Assembly: GCF_964204645.1 (NCBI RefSeq)
Contig: NC_134028.1
Location: forward strand, 12,199,263-12,263,262
Reading direction: 5' to 3'
Source of the DNA: Tubulanus polymorphus
Taxonomy: Eukaryota > Animalia > Nemertea
Length of the DNA stretch: 64,000 nt
Below the pieces are notes generated by a model. It did no database searches. It was given only the letters and a program-made list of their open reading frames with translations, and was not told the origin of the DNA. Below are positions 49,877-64,000 of the stretch, in pieces. Numbering within the stretch: the stretch's first letter is position 1; every line of letters begins with the position of its first letter. Made by a program: the position numbers and the translations under genes.

Positions 49877-51549
49877 AACTAAGGGTCCAGGGACACCATG
49901 CCCACTTGGTTACAATGCTCAACAATCAAACAATTTCAATATTCAACGCCCTTGGTGGCCAAATACAAAAACCAATGACTTTGAAATTCACGACAATCAT
50001 AGAACGTCTTATGTGCCACAAATTTGCAATTAATTGTGGTAACAAAATTTGCTTAGGTACCAATATAATGTGGAAATACTAAGTTATTCTATTACTGAGC
50101 GCCCCCTGGTGACCATATGCCAAAACCGATGACATCAAAACTCACAAAAACACTAGAACATGTCATGACCTACAACTACTGTGGCTACAAAATATGCATA
50201 GGTACAAATACAAATAGACAAATTATATATTATTCAAGATATCCCCTGCTGGCAAGAACAAAGAATTAGATGATTTCAATTCCATGTGAGGAGATGTATC
50301 TTATGACAGTGCTAATAATAATCAAATATCAAGACTATAAGTTAAAACTTATTGATCTTTTCCTCAAAAAACGTTTTTCCACCTACAAATGAGTACTGAG
50401 ATGGCCAGCAATTGCATGAAAATTGGCTGATCATAAATACCTGTCTCATGTAATAAAGATCCCTTCCCATAGAATAGCCATTGAATATTTCAATGAAAAA
50501 CGGCAAGCCAGTAGGAAGCTACAGGACATGGAATTCGGGCTAATTGACATTTTTGGAAGGAAAAAAGTCACAGGACGGCCATCTTGAGTTCGATCGCCCA
50601 AATATTTCTCATGCCAAGAGCCCCAGCCTGTCAGCTTTCCATAAAAAGGCAAATGATGCATTCTGTGGGTTAAATTTGCCAAAAAAAAAACGTCCCAGCT
50701 CAGAGTCAATACCCATAATTTACACAATACAATTATGTTTCATAAGTAGCACAGACAGCTGGAGCTGGCAGTAACAAATACCTCAGATAAATCTTTTCCC
50801 TTGGTCTTATCAATTTGAATGTGGAATAGAATTGAATTTTCTGAAACTTGCTCGATAAAAAAAATTGAATCAGATTTGATGTTTTATTTGCGCAATAAAG
50901 TAAAATTGAATTGGATTTTATATTGTTATATTTCATATTTTTCGCAGAAAAAAATTTGATTCAATTTGCAGTTTTAGCACATGGCTCATTAGCATATCAA
51001 GGTCATCCATCCGATTTCAGAAAAAGCTATTTCTCCCAGACTTTACATTATTGTCAATATTTTCTGTAGTGCAAATAAAAATATCCCTCCCAAAAACCAA
51101 GTCAACTTTAGATTCCACAGAAATCGATCTTGAAACACCTGCCGATCTCTGAGGCTAAGCCAATCACATAGAATTCTTTGCTTTCTGATTGGCTTTCTAA
51201 TACAGATATTTTTGTGTTCAGATTTTCGCAACAAAGCTCATATAGATTTTAACGATACCCTTTTTCAAAATCTAGCTTCATAGGGGGTTGGAGAATGGAT
51301 AATGCTCAAATGAATGATTTGTATGAATATATGCTCAGTTGCACAGTCAAAGAGCCTTTCTCTGGAAACAATGTCATTTAAATTCGCTCACCCTCTACCT
51401 ACCTACCTACCAATGGCTGGTCCAAAAATTTGTAAATAGTGCTGATTTTGGTGAACAACAATGGCTGCCAATTGGCCATCTTGGTTCTGAATTGGCCAGT
51501 TTTTGGGCTGAAGATAACCACTGGGACTTAAGTCCAGAGTGGGCTAAAA
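49877..51549 (+). mobile_element. HINE-like element of the same family, carrying an internal insertion (~50620-51390)
   Basis: Same 5' end (49877), core repeats (49947, 50101) and 3' end GGGACTTAAGTCCAGAGTGGGCTAAAAA. The interior matches 28250-28680. Confidence 0.72.
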
Positions 51550-51770
51550 ATGTAGAGATCATTTTTGTGTTTTTTTTTCAGTTAATTTTGTAGTTGAGAT
51601 ATTCTATTCACAAAATTTACAGTACACAAAGTTCTTCACAGCTAGCTCCCATTTCATGATGGGCTACACGTACAACTGCCAATGCTTTTGGCTCCTTCTT
51701 AACTAACAGTCTGTAAACTTTTTGAGACCTGGTGAAAATTCTATCATGATTTAATGGTAGGATGCGTGCC

Positions 51771-51820
51771 TGTCGGACTAGTGGGGTGTTGGAATAGTGG
51801 GGTGTCGGACTAATGGGGTA
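51771..51820. repeat. 16-bp tandem repeat x3 (TGTCGGACTAGTGGGG)
   Basis: Directly visible in the sequence. Confidence 0.8.
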
Positions 51821-52837
51821 TTTTGGTAAAGTAAATCACATTCAAAATACATTTGTGAGTAAAAATAATTCTCCATCAAATCAAATATCTGTGCTGTGAA
51901 CATTATATCGGGTTTTCCCTTTCACGCCCTAATTCATTGTACCAGGGAACAATAGTACTTGCACTGGAAATATAAAGTGTATGAAGTCTGTACAGTGACC
52001 GGCGCATCTACTAAAATATGTTTTGCTTTAAGATCCTACAGTTACAGTAACTAGTATTTGTTATTTTGGCGCTGTTTTATTGATTTGCGGCGGTCTATGT
52101 TACATGAAGAGGACTGCTGGTTTCTTTTTTAGGTGACGGGTATTAAACAAAGGCTTTACCCAAAAACATCAATTTCTTCATTGCCAGGATGATGGTGGAC
52201 GAGGGATAAATAGGGGTCCAGGACACTATGCCCACTTGGGGTATGATTTTTTATGCCAAAAGCGTCTCGGAGCGCATTGAGCCGTAGTTCTTAATGCACA
52301 GCAACTGTTGATACTCGAGAATCCAAACCCAGAAATAATTTCTCATTTTGATATTTTGAAAAATTTAGACCTCAAAAATGCCCCATAATTTGATATTTTG
52401 GGGTTTCGATGAAGATTCAAGCTTTAAGACTGTAATAAAAAGCATAATAAAGGTTTTAACAATGGATATAGTAATCTACAGTGTCTATATGAATATCGAC
52501 AATCTAACACGAAATTGTGAGTATTCTTACTTTCTAGGGGGTCTTTTAGCGCTGGACTCCAAAAAATGACCCCACCGAGTGGACCCCTCTTTCAAAAATC
52601 GGAAGTTTAATCTTAGCACTATTCTGTGGCTATGATTATAAACTACTGCTTTGTAAAGTTTCAATGCCCTATATACAATAGTTTATGGGGATTTAATGAG
52701 TTAATTTCAATAAAATGCAAATCATCTGGCACATACAGGAGCTAACAACTAAGCTGCCGGCAGGTTAAGGGTTAACAAACACTGTGAGTAAAGGCACACA
52801 TAGTTATCAACACAAACTATTCAATAAAACAATACAA

Positions 52838-55800
52838 ATTCAAGAGGCCCATAGGGCCTTATACCTTCGTGACGCAGTAGAAGAAGAATGACCCAGTATT
52901 CAAAGTTTTTCAGAAAGATTAACATTGTGACGATGTAACAAGATTTAGAATTGTTAAGATGGTATAGGCTATGTGGCGATGATGTTCATTTTCTGTTAAT
53001 ATATCCTTACATGTAAAGACAAGCTCATTTTAGCTGCCCCAAAGATCACACATGAAAAAATGCATAAAGAATTGTAGGTATCGTGCTGAAAAGAAATCCA
53101 AGATGGATGGCAACCCTGGCTACCATACTAGAGCTTAATTTTCAATAAGGGGTAGACATTTCAACTACCAAAATTCTTAGACTAAGTTTCATGAAAATGC
53201 ATCAAGAGTTACGAACGAAACGTTTCGTGCTAGAAGCTGATGACCTCCATATACAATAGACATGGACAGCTAGCTTACCTACCCTGATCCTCATACCAAA
53301 TTTTGCGGAAATCCATCAAGAATTGCGGGCTGCATCATGCAAACAAGAAATTCAAGATGGCCATCCCAATGACAGCCATGTTTGATCACCAATGACCAAT
53401 TTTTTTACAATAGGGGTGGACATCTCGCCGGGCCCAATCTTCAAGCTTATTTTCAAAAAGATTCATGGCAAATCTCAGGCGAATTGCTGTGTCGAATTCA
53501 ATTCAATTCCATACACATCTGAGGGCCTGGCTTAGGCCTGTGCAATAAAGATCAATAAAGATCAATAAAGATTCGACTTTTTTAAAAACCAGCAAAGTGG
53601 GCAAAGTGTGGTTTATCTTGAAAACTGGAGCCTGGGCAAGGGCATTGCTTATGAAAAATCTTTTTAATTTGTGAATTCAAAGTTCTATTATTTCATTTTA
53701 TCTTTATGAAATAATTATTTTGTAGTCAAATCAAGGCCAAAAATAGATTTTTTTACGGTCTGCGTCAGAAATTTCGTAGGGTACAGGTAGGCAGGAAAAA
53801 TATTTCATATTTGGAAAAAAATATTTTTCACAAAATGAAAAATATTTCAATAAAACTAATATGATATCACAAATCAGAGGGTGGCTAAATAGTCTTGACA
53901 TCGTTTCCAATGTATGGCTGCGGAAGCTACGAAACATACCGATACCGTAAAAATAGGTGTCAGTAGATCGTTTTAATACCACTAAAATATTCAGACCTCG
54001 ACCAATACCTATAGTTTGCTGCTTAGTATTTTCAGGTCACTCGACATTACAAGTTATTACAAATTCTACCAAAGGAACAACACAGCGCTCATCTTCTGCA
54101 TTATTACAGTATCACTATAAACACATAGTAGTGTATACTGTTGTAGTACCAGCGTGTACTGTGTGTGCAACAGTCTAATGATTAGCACTCAGCGTGCACG
54201 TGGAGGCCGTGTGAATGTTCGCTTACACTTCAATATCAATCAAAACAATCACCGGGTATTGAAATGAAACAATACCTATGGCGGATATGTGAAATAATTA
54301 TATTCTCACCAGCAATGAGCATTTGGAATGCGCGAGCATACAGCACCTTGTCCAATGAAACGTTCGCCTTTTTGGTTTTCCCATAATAATTTTAGTAGCG
54401 CCAGAATTCCCCGTATATTCCAAAAAGAGCCAATCATATTCGCTCGTAGAGACGACGCCCCCCAATCGTGGTCATTGCAATTTCATACGCGAAGAATATT
54501 CCCACCAAAAACAGTTTTTCGTAGAATTTTAACAAAGTTGACCACGTCATCAACGGAGGTTGGCTATGTCTTCGATCGCATCAAATATACGTCTTTTAAG
54601 CCAAGAACCAATGAAACAAATGCTCACATAAAAAAAAACGTACCGCGATTTTACATAATTTGCTCAATGCCAACTTCAATATCGCTTACAAAGGTAAATC
54701 AAAAAATTCAGTGCTTCTTAGTTTGTTGTCCCTTCTGTCAACAGCTGATACAACCGCACCCACGCCTGTCAATCATCTTAATTGATTCATATACTAAAAT
54801 GCTTACTATAAAGAAACTATACAATGAATTTTTCAGCAGAATATCAGACACTAGGTACCATTCCTTAAAGGTTTATTTGTCGTATGTCATTAACAATCAG
54901 TTATATAATACTTCATTCATAACTTTGAAGTGGTGTGCCGGCAGCGAACGGTCGAGCAAGGTCAGTCATGTAGGCCAACGATAACACGAAACAGACCACG
55001 GTTTTCCCGGTTAAGAGCGCCTCTCCACATAAATAATAATGGACCATCTGTTGATACTAACCTTTATTAAACTTCGTATGGATACAATCAAGATAATTCC
55101 ACCCCTATAATTCCACTATTCAACCATCCACGCACAGCTTAAACATGGCGCCATCATTCAATATGCTAGTCATAATGTATCTCTATGCACATCAAAATCA
55201 CACTTGAATTACAAGTGTTGAAACAATCGAAATCTAGCAATTTGATTGGGAAAATAGCAGCATTAGAGTTCAAAAAGAGTTAATTAACCACCTCCAACTG
55301 TCTATTCATTCAAAAGCTTTGCCCTCATATGGAACTATTTCTGCCTAATCATTGGTGCACTATTGCTTACCTTCTCACCTACCACATTACTTACAAGAAA
55401 AATACAATGAAATAACTTTATAAACCTTTAATTCAAATATCTGGCGGCACTATGTTGTAGGAAGTATTAGTAACATATTGTTTCAGAAATTTTGGGCTGT
55501 GTCAAATGTTTTACCTGAATGACATTTCAATTTGAATTTACCATGAAAATGAGAAGCATTGGAGCAATTTTTTACACAGGTTGGTTAAAAATTGGAAGGA
55601 ACATAGTTTACATACCTGAACATCTTTTAGGGATAGAATCAATTGATTGGTGCGACTACAGCTGCCATCTTTTGTGATGTACATTCTTTGGGAAGCCTAC
55701 AATGTGATATTCATATCTCATAAATTACGAACAATATAACCAGATAACACACAATAGATGCCATCATCATCATAGAATTCCCATGCAAGTTGGTCCATGA

Positions 55801-58800
55801 ATTAGAAATTGATCATATGGTGATCAAAATATGCTCACCAGAATTTTGATACGGTAACATTAGTTATCCATTGAATGGGCAGATTCCATTCATGCATCAA
55901 CTGATGGTCGATGTGCAAAAAATGAATGGAAAAAAGACAACTGGGACTATGCCCCATGTAGCTAAAAATCAGTCAACCTATGCATACTTTTCATTGTTCT
56001 AATCCATGGTTGATTGTGTCACTGCTGACCCAAATTCACCCCATTTTATGCCACATATTTCATGAGTAAATTATCAATGATTGAAGTTTCTTACATATCC
56101 AACACATACTCCGGGAAAACTCATTTATACCAAATTTACTTATTCTGATTGTTTGATGCTAACAAATGCAGAAGGGGTACATTTACAAATGAGGAATACT
56201 AACTTGGTGACCTCAGCCTGAGGAAGGACACACAAACTAGACATAGGTCATGAATACCCCTCGGTCATAGAGTGGGTGTCATATAGCAAATGCAACATTG
56301 AAACAAGGTGCCCATGGGCACTGTTAGATTCAGCGCAGAAGTTAGTGAATTCAAGGAGAGATAATCATATCCTCTATACTAGACCATACATTGGTTTAGT
56401 AAAGTGCACTATTAGCTTTGGTTGACATTAAAAAAAGTAAAAGTAATAAGATTTTAAATGACAAACAGTTGTTCATCCAAGGAAGAGAAGGTAAATACGC
56501 AACACATTTTTAAGTAGCCCTAGTAAATTTTGAAATGAAATATATGTAATCATTATGAATTGTAAGCCTCCTACTAAATTATGAGATTTCTTTAAATCAA
56601 AAGCATCTCAGATGTCGTATCTATATTTGTGTTGCTGAAGCTGAAATCAAATCTAGCTGTTTCGGAAGATGAAAAAGTATTCCAAGTTCCAAACAAACTC
56701 AGTCAGGATTTTCAGGATTCGAAGCCAAGACTTAAGGCTAAAAATGGATAACTCCCTCTCCCTCTCCCTCTCCCTCTCCCCCTCCACCCTATATTTCCAC
56801 TATTCAACGATTGATGCGCAGCTTAAACATGGCGCCGCCATTCAATACCCGAGTCACGATGTATCTCTACACACATCAAAATCACACTCGAATTACAAGT
56901 GTTGACTTATGGGAAACGATCGAAATCTAGCAATTTGGTTGGGAAAATAGCAGCACTATAGTTGAAAAAAGTTAATAAACCACCTCTGACTGTCTAATCA
57001 TTTAAAAGCTTTGCCTTCACATGGAACTGTTTCCGCCTAATCACAGGTGCACTCTGCCGCTGTGATTCGCCCATTCAACGATAAAAACTTTCCCACGGCC
57101 TTACTATCGGCATTTTCTAATAATTTAGGGAAATATTTTTTAAAAGCGAAATTTCACACGCTGCATTAATAAGATTAGAGTATTTATTCCTTTGACAAGT
57201 CTTCCTCTGAACTCCCACCAACATGTTATAAATGGCGACACAAAAATTAAGTCATTGACTAACTACCATCTTATAACCTTCATGACTACGTCGAAGGTAA
57301 AAATTCATCTGCATATCGTTTTTTTCCACAAGATAACCCAGGGCGTATGCACAATTAATTCTAGTTCAAATGTCTTCAAACAAATCTTTTTTTATTCCTT
57401 TATCTAAGATTAATGGCTTCTTTGAGTTTGGTGAGCTTCACGTGTTACTAAAACGAGAGCCCTATCATCACAGCTCCACAGTAAATACGGCAAACTACAT
57501 ACACGGCGCATCGATATGCAATTTTCAGCACAGTGCAAGAAAAATAAAAAATCCTCGTCAATTTTATTTCTTCTTTTGTAGTTTTCTTATCGAAGACTAA
57601 TATATGTGGTATCAAAAGTATGTATAAAAAGCCTACGTGTAAATTCAACAGCAAATGTTATACAATTCCACTCATGTGTTTACATTAGTAGTACATCACT
57701 AAAAATCCCCTAAAATTGCATAAAATTGCCAATTTACCCAATTTAGGCTCAAAAGCAGTCGCCACTTAGCTGCCATCATAACAGCCAACTTATTGCAGTA
57801 CTTAGCCTGTGAATCATTTAACCTCCGGAAGAGAGAGCGGTCAACACGAATTCAACACACGCTGCATCCAATAATAGGGGACTTATTCCTGATGCTTAGT
57901 CTCATCTCATGAAAAAGGTCTCAATATGACTGTGGCAGCAATCTTGGATAACATATATACATCAAAAGCACTAGGGTTCATCCTCCTTACTGCAAGTCAT
58001 AAGAAGTCATAAAAATATTAGTATATACTATAGACTGTTCAGTAAAATTAAGTAACATAATCTCTCGTTCTCAAAGAAGCTCGGTTGCTGCAGTTGTATT
58101 GGATGACCTACTTATCTAAAAATCTAGGGGTCCAGGGAGATTATGCCCACTTGCGCAGTGGTTTCAAATGCTCAATAATCTTAATAAATTGCCAATGGGC
58201 AAAGTGTGGTTTACCTTGAAAGCTAGAGGTGGTTTTGAGTAGGGCATTGCTTGAAAAATCTTTTTAATCAGTGACTTCAAAGTTCTAGAAGTTTATACTG
58301 TATTTTATCTTTCTTTTAGAATTATTTTGTAGTCAAATAAGACCAATGATAAACACTTGTTTATGGTCTAAGTCCAAAATTTCGTAGGGTACAGGTAGGT
58401 CGGCAGGGAAACTATTTTATATTTTCAAAAAAATATTTATCACAATATGAAAAAAGGACCAATGGCCCAGAAGCTCACCGACATGATAATCTGAAAAGCA
58501 AAAGGAAGAAAGCGAAATGTGCTTTCAAAGAAGTGGCTGCTGACCTGGTCCCAATAAGTAATTGGTCAGGAAGATCTCATCGAGAGATTAAGTCTGGGAT
58601 TGTTGATCTTACCAGTCAATCCTGTGACAACATTGAACTTTGCATTTGAGATGGGAAGGTAACAGTTCATATAAAATAAAATGTTTTATTTCTTTGCAAA
58701 ATAACAAGCTAATTTTTTTACAATAACTTGAATCTTGAATAGTTCAGATGTTCCGTCGTACATGTATCTAGGTTATGGTTTCCCGTGAACGTCGTAATTT

Positions 58801-60603
58801 TTGTTATAAGTTTAATGACTGCTATTCGCCAGATCATTACCTTAGCAAGAGTCCCACAGGCCTTGTACCTTCATGACACAGTAGAAGAAGAATGATTCAG
58901 TATTCAAAGTTTTACGGAATGATTTACATTGTAACGATGTAACAAGTTTTAAAATAGTTAAGAGATATAGGCTATGTGGCGATAATGTTCATTTTCTGTT
59001 AATATATCCTTACATGAAAAGACAAGCTCATTTTAGCTGCCCCAAGGATCACACTACATGAAAAAATGCATCAAGAATTGGTGTAGGCATCATGCTGAAA
59101 ATAAATCCAAGATGGATGGGAACCCTGGTGGACACAAGGGGGAAGACATTTCACCTACCAAAATTCTTACACCTAGTATCTTGAAAATGCATCAAAAATT
59201 GCTGGCCGTTTCGTGCTAGAAATTCAAGATGGCTGACCTGGCGGCCATATTTGAAGGCCGATGACCTCCATATACAAAAGGCATGGACAGCTTGACCCTG
59301 ATCCTCACACCAAACTTTGTGGAAATCCATCAAGAATTGCGGGCTGCATCGTGCAAACAAGAAATTCAAACAAGAAATTCAACATGGCCACCCCAATGGC
59401 AGCCATGTTTGATCACCAATGACATTTTTTTTACAATATGGGTGGACATCTCGCCAGACCCAATCTTCATGCTAATTTTCAAAAAGATTCATCGCAAATT
59501 ACAGGCGAATTACTGACACTGTGTCGAATTCAATTCAATTTAGAGGTCCTGGCTTAGGCCTATGTAATAGGAGTCAATTCAGATTCGACTTTCTGAAAAA
59601 CCAGCACAGATGCCTATTCAAATCATATGTAATTAAAAAGTGCTTCTTAGTTTGATGTCCCTGTTTTCATCACGCATGTGGTTAAAATTATTGTTTACAT
59701 CGAACGTCTTCAACAGCTGATACGACCGCACCCGCGTCTGTCAATCATCTTAATTGATTCATATACTAAAATGCTCACTATGAAAAAACTATGCGGTGGA
59801 TCAATCGGGAATTTTTCAGTAGAATGTCAGACGCTAGGTACCTTTCTTAAAAGGTTTATTTGTTGTATGTCATTAACAATCAGTTATACAGTACTTTATT
59901 CATAACTTTGAAGCGGTGCGCTGGCAGCGAACGCTCAAGCAAGGTCAGTCACGTAGGCCAACGATAACACGAAACAGACCACGGTTTTGCCGGTTAAGAG
60001 CGTCTCTCCACATAAATTAGAGGGACTGTAATGGACCATTTGTTGACACTAACCTTTAATAAGTATATTTAAGTGTATTTAATATTCATATGGATACAAT
60101 CAAGATAATTCCACCCTATAATTCCACTATTCAACGATCGATAAGCAGCTTAAACATGGCGCCGCCATTCAATACGCTAGTCATGATGTATCTCTACACA
60201 CATCAAAATCACACTTGAATTACAAGTGTTGAATCATGAGAAACGATCGAAATCTAGCAAGTTGATTGGGAAAATAGCAGCACTATAGTTGAAAAAAGTT
60301 TATGAACCACCTCCGACTGTCTAATCATTTAAAAGCTTCGCCTTCACATGGAACTATTTCCGCCATATCACAGGTGCACTCTGCCGCCGTGATTCGCCCA
60401 TTCAATGATAAAAACTTTCCCAAGGTCTTACTATCGGCATTTTCTAATAATTTAGGGAAATATCTTATAAAGCGAAATTTCACACCCCGCATTAATAAGA
60501 TTGAAGTATTTATTCATTTGACAAATCTTCCTCTGAACTCCCACCAACAAGTTATAAGTGGCTACACGAAAATGACTTCATCGACTCACTACCATCTTAT
60601 AAC
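52838..60603 (+). repeat. Mosaic of duplicated repeat blocks
   Basis: 52838-53600 matches 58843-59605. 53598-53840 matches 58195-58450. 54712-55345 matches 59640-60365. 56785-57270 matches 60112-60603. 57300-57860 and 54410-54710 match 19935-20750. 56300-56510 matches 18380-18600. Confidence 0.85.
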
Positions 60604-62499
60604 CAGAAAGAAACTTTCCATGATGGGTTTCTGTGTAATTGTTTCTGTTTCATTCACCGAACTCGCTGTCAACAAGGTATATTTCTAAAAGGAAATATAC
60701 TGCAACAGGTGGTTTTGCAAAGTCATTAAAAATCAAGATCCTATTGTATCTAAGGATACAATTATTCCGATTTTGGAGAGAGAGAAGTCATAAAGAATGA
60801 ATAAATTAAAGAAGATTACAAAATCGGAAGTAACAAACGAACAGTTTAAAAGCGGAAGCACCCGTCGCGTTAAAATGAAGATTTAAATATTACAAAATCA
60901 TTATGAAAAACGAAATGAAAAGAAACAAATGCTACCGTTGATAGTATTCACGTACAAATTGTAGAATGAGAATAGAAAATTTAATTGAATACAAGTTCCG
61001 AGAAGAGCAAAGAGATTTAGACAATCAATTCGGCGGCTTGAAATAAAGAAACTGCTTAAAAAATGAATAAACTCGAATGCAAGATCTTTGCTTTCGAATA
61101 ATTTGTTAATTACAAGGGTAGACCTAAGGTTCATATAAATCTATATTTTTGAATTTTGAAATCAGGGGATCTAAAAATAGTATTCATCACTACGGGACGC
61201 CGATTCAGAAATTAATTTTTCAGGGAAGAGCCGATCAGCCTTCCAGAAAGGGAATGCGCATCATCCGTGAGTGTCGCAAAAAATTATCTCATTGCTAATT
61301 AAAGTTGAAAAATAACATGTACGTTGTTTTCTGAATACTAAAAGATTCTTGATTTTATTTGTGTTCTGTCTACTTAATTGCGGAAATCCGATGTATTTGC
61401 AGTACTGGGAACAATAAAGTATTGAATAAAGTAACAATTAAGTATATTTGATGAGTATCAATAAAGTATATTTGAACTTGAATTTGAGCCCACTAGGTGG
61501 TGGTATTGGAAGACACCAGGTGGTTCGATCAACTTAATATGCTCCAGCGCCGTGGCGCTGTCGCAAAAAGGCGATTCTCGATATAAATAGTAATGGTTTT
61601 TCCCCGCGGGATACCCGCTTTGGGAAAGGCACCTGAATCGATGCTACGAGTTCGAATCCCAAAATTTAGACGTAATTTATTATTCTTTGAAATAAATTCT
61701 TAGAATTTCTATTTATGATAGGATGAGCAGGTTTTGATTTGGTAATGATGTTAATAAAAGTTAACCTCTTAAGGTATTGTTTTCTATCTATTATTTGTGA
61801 CGGATTAGTTTCGATGCTCCTCACAACCCGCCCCACCACGTGTCACTTATTCACGGACACGCGGATTGTATCATTTGTAATAGGCCTACCACATGAAAGA
61901 GTCCATGGCCTACCGTAGAATAGTAGGGCCTACCGATCACGCTATGTGCGATGAAAGTAGTGTTTGAATAAAACAAATTTTTAATGAAATAAACATTATT
62001 TATCATAATTAATCAATAGATCAGGTGCCGCCTAAATAATTGTTTGTTTCGTGAAATTTGTACAAAACTTTGCGACTTCGTCATGTCTTGTGACCCTGAA
62101 AATACTAGAAGAATCATCGGTAAGCTTATAAAACGGCGAGGTCAACATAGTAACAACAACTTCGGGGATTGAAAAAAAAAACTCGAAAGAATTATTTCTT
62201 ATACTGATGAGTTATACTGATGGGGAGTAGCGACCGTCATTGACACCGGTTATTTATCCATTCACTATCAAATGTGACGAGCCCAATAAATGATTGCGCA
62301 TAGATTCGGCCTCTCAGCATTTAGCACAGCAGTTCCGAGAAGTGTTAAGACCGATCAGCGCGCGCGCTATCTAAAACCGGTGCTAGTACGATCAATATCT
62401 ACAGGTATATACGTGTTCAGTATTACACAGCGAGTACCAGTATGTTGATCGAGCGTCGTCGTAGCAACGCGCTATACAGCGGCTTGAACTAGCGAGTAA

Positions 62500-62654
62500 C
62501 GTTAATTATCTTTTAACCAAATTAGAGCACTTATAACCATCGGAATCAAATATAAACCAAGCTGCACCATCTACATCAAGTAGAGAATACCTGTGTGAAA
62601 TTACAGAATTGTCGGTCCTCACAAACAGCTTAAATCGTGTCATAAAGAAACATC

Positions 62655-62689
<35 letters not shown>

Positions 62690-62742
62690 ATGACGACGAT
62701 GCCATAGATGGGTTCGTCTGACGACGAAACCCATCAAAAAAG
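62500..62742 (+). mobile_element. 3' end of a HINE-like element
   Basis: (GACA)n microsatellite at 62657-62690, then hairpin GATGGGTT..AACCCATC and an A-run. Confidence 0.65.
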
Positions 62743-64000
62743 AGAAAATATATGTTTTACTGATGCTTCTGTATTCCATTGCCCTAGCAAACTAATTAAT
62801 GACCAAATATCGCGAGTTGCTAAATTACGTTAAAATATTAAGTTGGTTCGTATCATCTCGAAATTTCAGCATGGCCACCCTCAAGAAATGCTTTAAACGC
62901 CTGTGCAATGTTCTTTCAAAATCATTGAAGAAACTGTTTTCATGCACAAACACGCATTGTAGCAACAGATAAGAAGACAAAGCAATTCAAACCCACCGTT
63001 CATATCGCTAAATCAGGTCTTTAATTATGTTGTTATAACTTTTTTCAGAAATAATTCAGTAATTGCACATTCACTATTAAAATAGCTTCAGGGACAGCCG
63101 AAAATGTGGAGAGCTCTCAATTGGCAAGCTGGTGCAGCCATCATTAATCGGTATTGCGCAATCGCAAGGCCAGTAAATCCATTGAGTAAAAAGTGGAGGG
63201 GTGGAAGATTATTATTTTCTCTTGATAGCTATAGTAGCAAACGATATAGCTGAAAGAAGTTTGTATTCCGATTCAGCAGGCATTCTTTTCCAAACGAGGT
63301 CCAGTCATGAAAAAATGAAGGTCTTTTTATTGGATATACATTGTGATTCGTTAATTCATCAGGAGAAACTGAAAACTTACCTCCCTCCCTTGTACATGTA
63401 CCGTACCTGATGACTGGTGGAAGTTAATACGCTACGGTTTCTTCAAGTATCTTGACGTCGACGGTACTCTTATTTCAAGAATCAGTGACCAAAGTATAAA
63501 AATGTAACGTGCTTTTCCGCCATTTGTTTTCTTAACAGTAATCGTCAATACACAGCTTGACATTTTACAAAATGGATCTATTTTAGCGAGGATCCACCTG
63601 TCAATCTACACAGTGTTGAGCGCATGCACATCTGCTAATGATTATTCATGATTTAGGTCATTCCAGGTCAAGTCATACTATATTAAAGGAAATTTTCTAA
63701 TTATCTAAAATTGTACAGCTTAGATCAATCACATCGCAACGAAATTCGCAAAATAGCGAGTGTTAGGCTATTTGAATCATCTGCAACAAGAAATACGACC
63801 GGGTCTATCACCGTTTCAAAATGTGGCTTGTTAACATCACTTTCTAGCAATATTGGCACAAGACCAACTAGACTGTTGGCAACCATAGGTTCGCTTAAAA
63901 TATTCAAATAAAATTCATATGATGTAACATATCAGAGGGTGGCTTAATATTGAGTCTTGGAAACCAAACAGCTTCCAATTAATGGCCGCGGAAGCTAAAA

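Noticed and set aside
52750-52775. piggyBac-like end (..AGGGTTAA)
   Set aside because: No matching second TIR found by eye, so no element was called.
54328-54984. 218-aa ORF
   Set aside because: Runs across repeat blocks whose other copies (20230-20460, 59640-59960) are not open in frame; chance ORF.
62707-62736. CTGACGA..CGAAAC hammerhead-like words
   Set aside because: No room for stem II; it is the terminal hairpin of a HINE-like element.
1-64000. Short ORFs of the six-frame track as prokaryote-style genes; tRNA/rRNA genes
   Set aside because: Most short ORFs have non-ATG starts and no motifs, or are antisense to TE coding sequence. No tRNA or rRNA was recognisable.

Overview
AT-rich, gene-poor eukaryotic DNA (looks like an invertebrate animal; not prokaryotic) that is almost entirely a stack of nested transposable elements. 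The one intact element is a 6.15-kb DIRS1-type tyrosine-recombinase retrotransposon on the minus strand (35863-42012). It has gag, RT/RNaseH/methyltransferase and YR ORFs, identical 122-bp ITR cores, a complete internal complementary region (ICR) and ATT at both ends. Around it lie a decayed BEL/Pao element carrying an odd one-ended LTR insertion, Gypsy remnants, several LINE (APE/RT) fragments, a Tc1/mariner remnant, hAT-like elements with 5- and 6-bp TSDs, MITEs, many Helentron/HINE-like non-autonomous elements and Penelope-like pieces with hammerhead-like cores. Between the insertions I see a chain of minus-strand, phase-compatible, partly decayed exons (47.4, 42.3, 30.7, 23.0, 9.9, 9.1 kb). 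One of their junctions rebuilds a tyrosine-recombinase-like R..H-x8-Y motif; this is the most speculative but most interesting signal. All calls are by eye, with no database searches.
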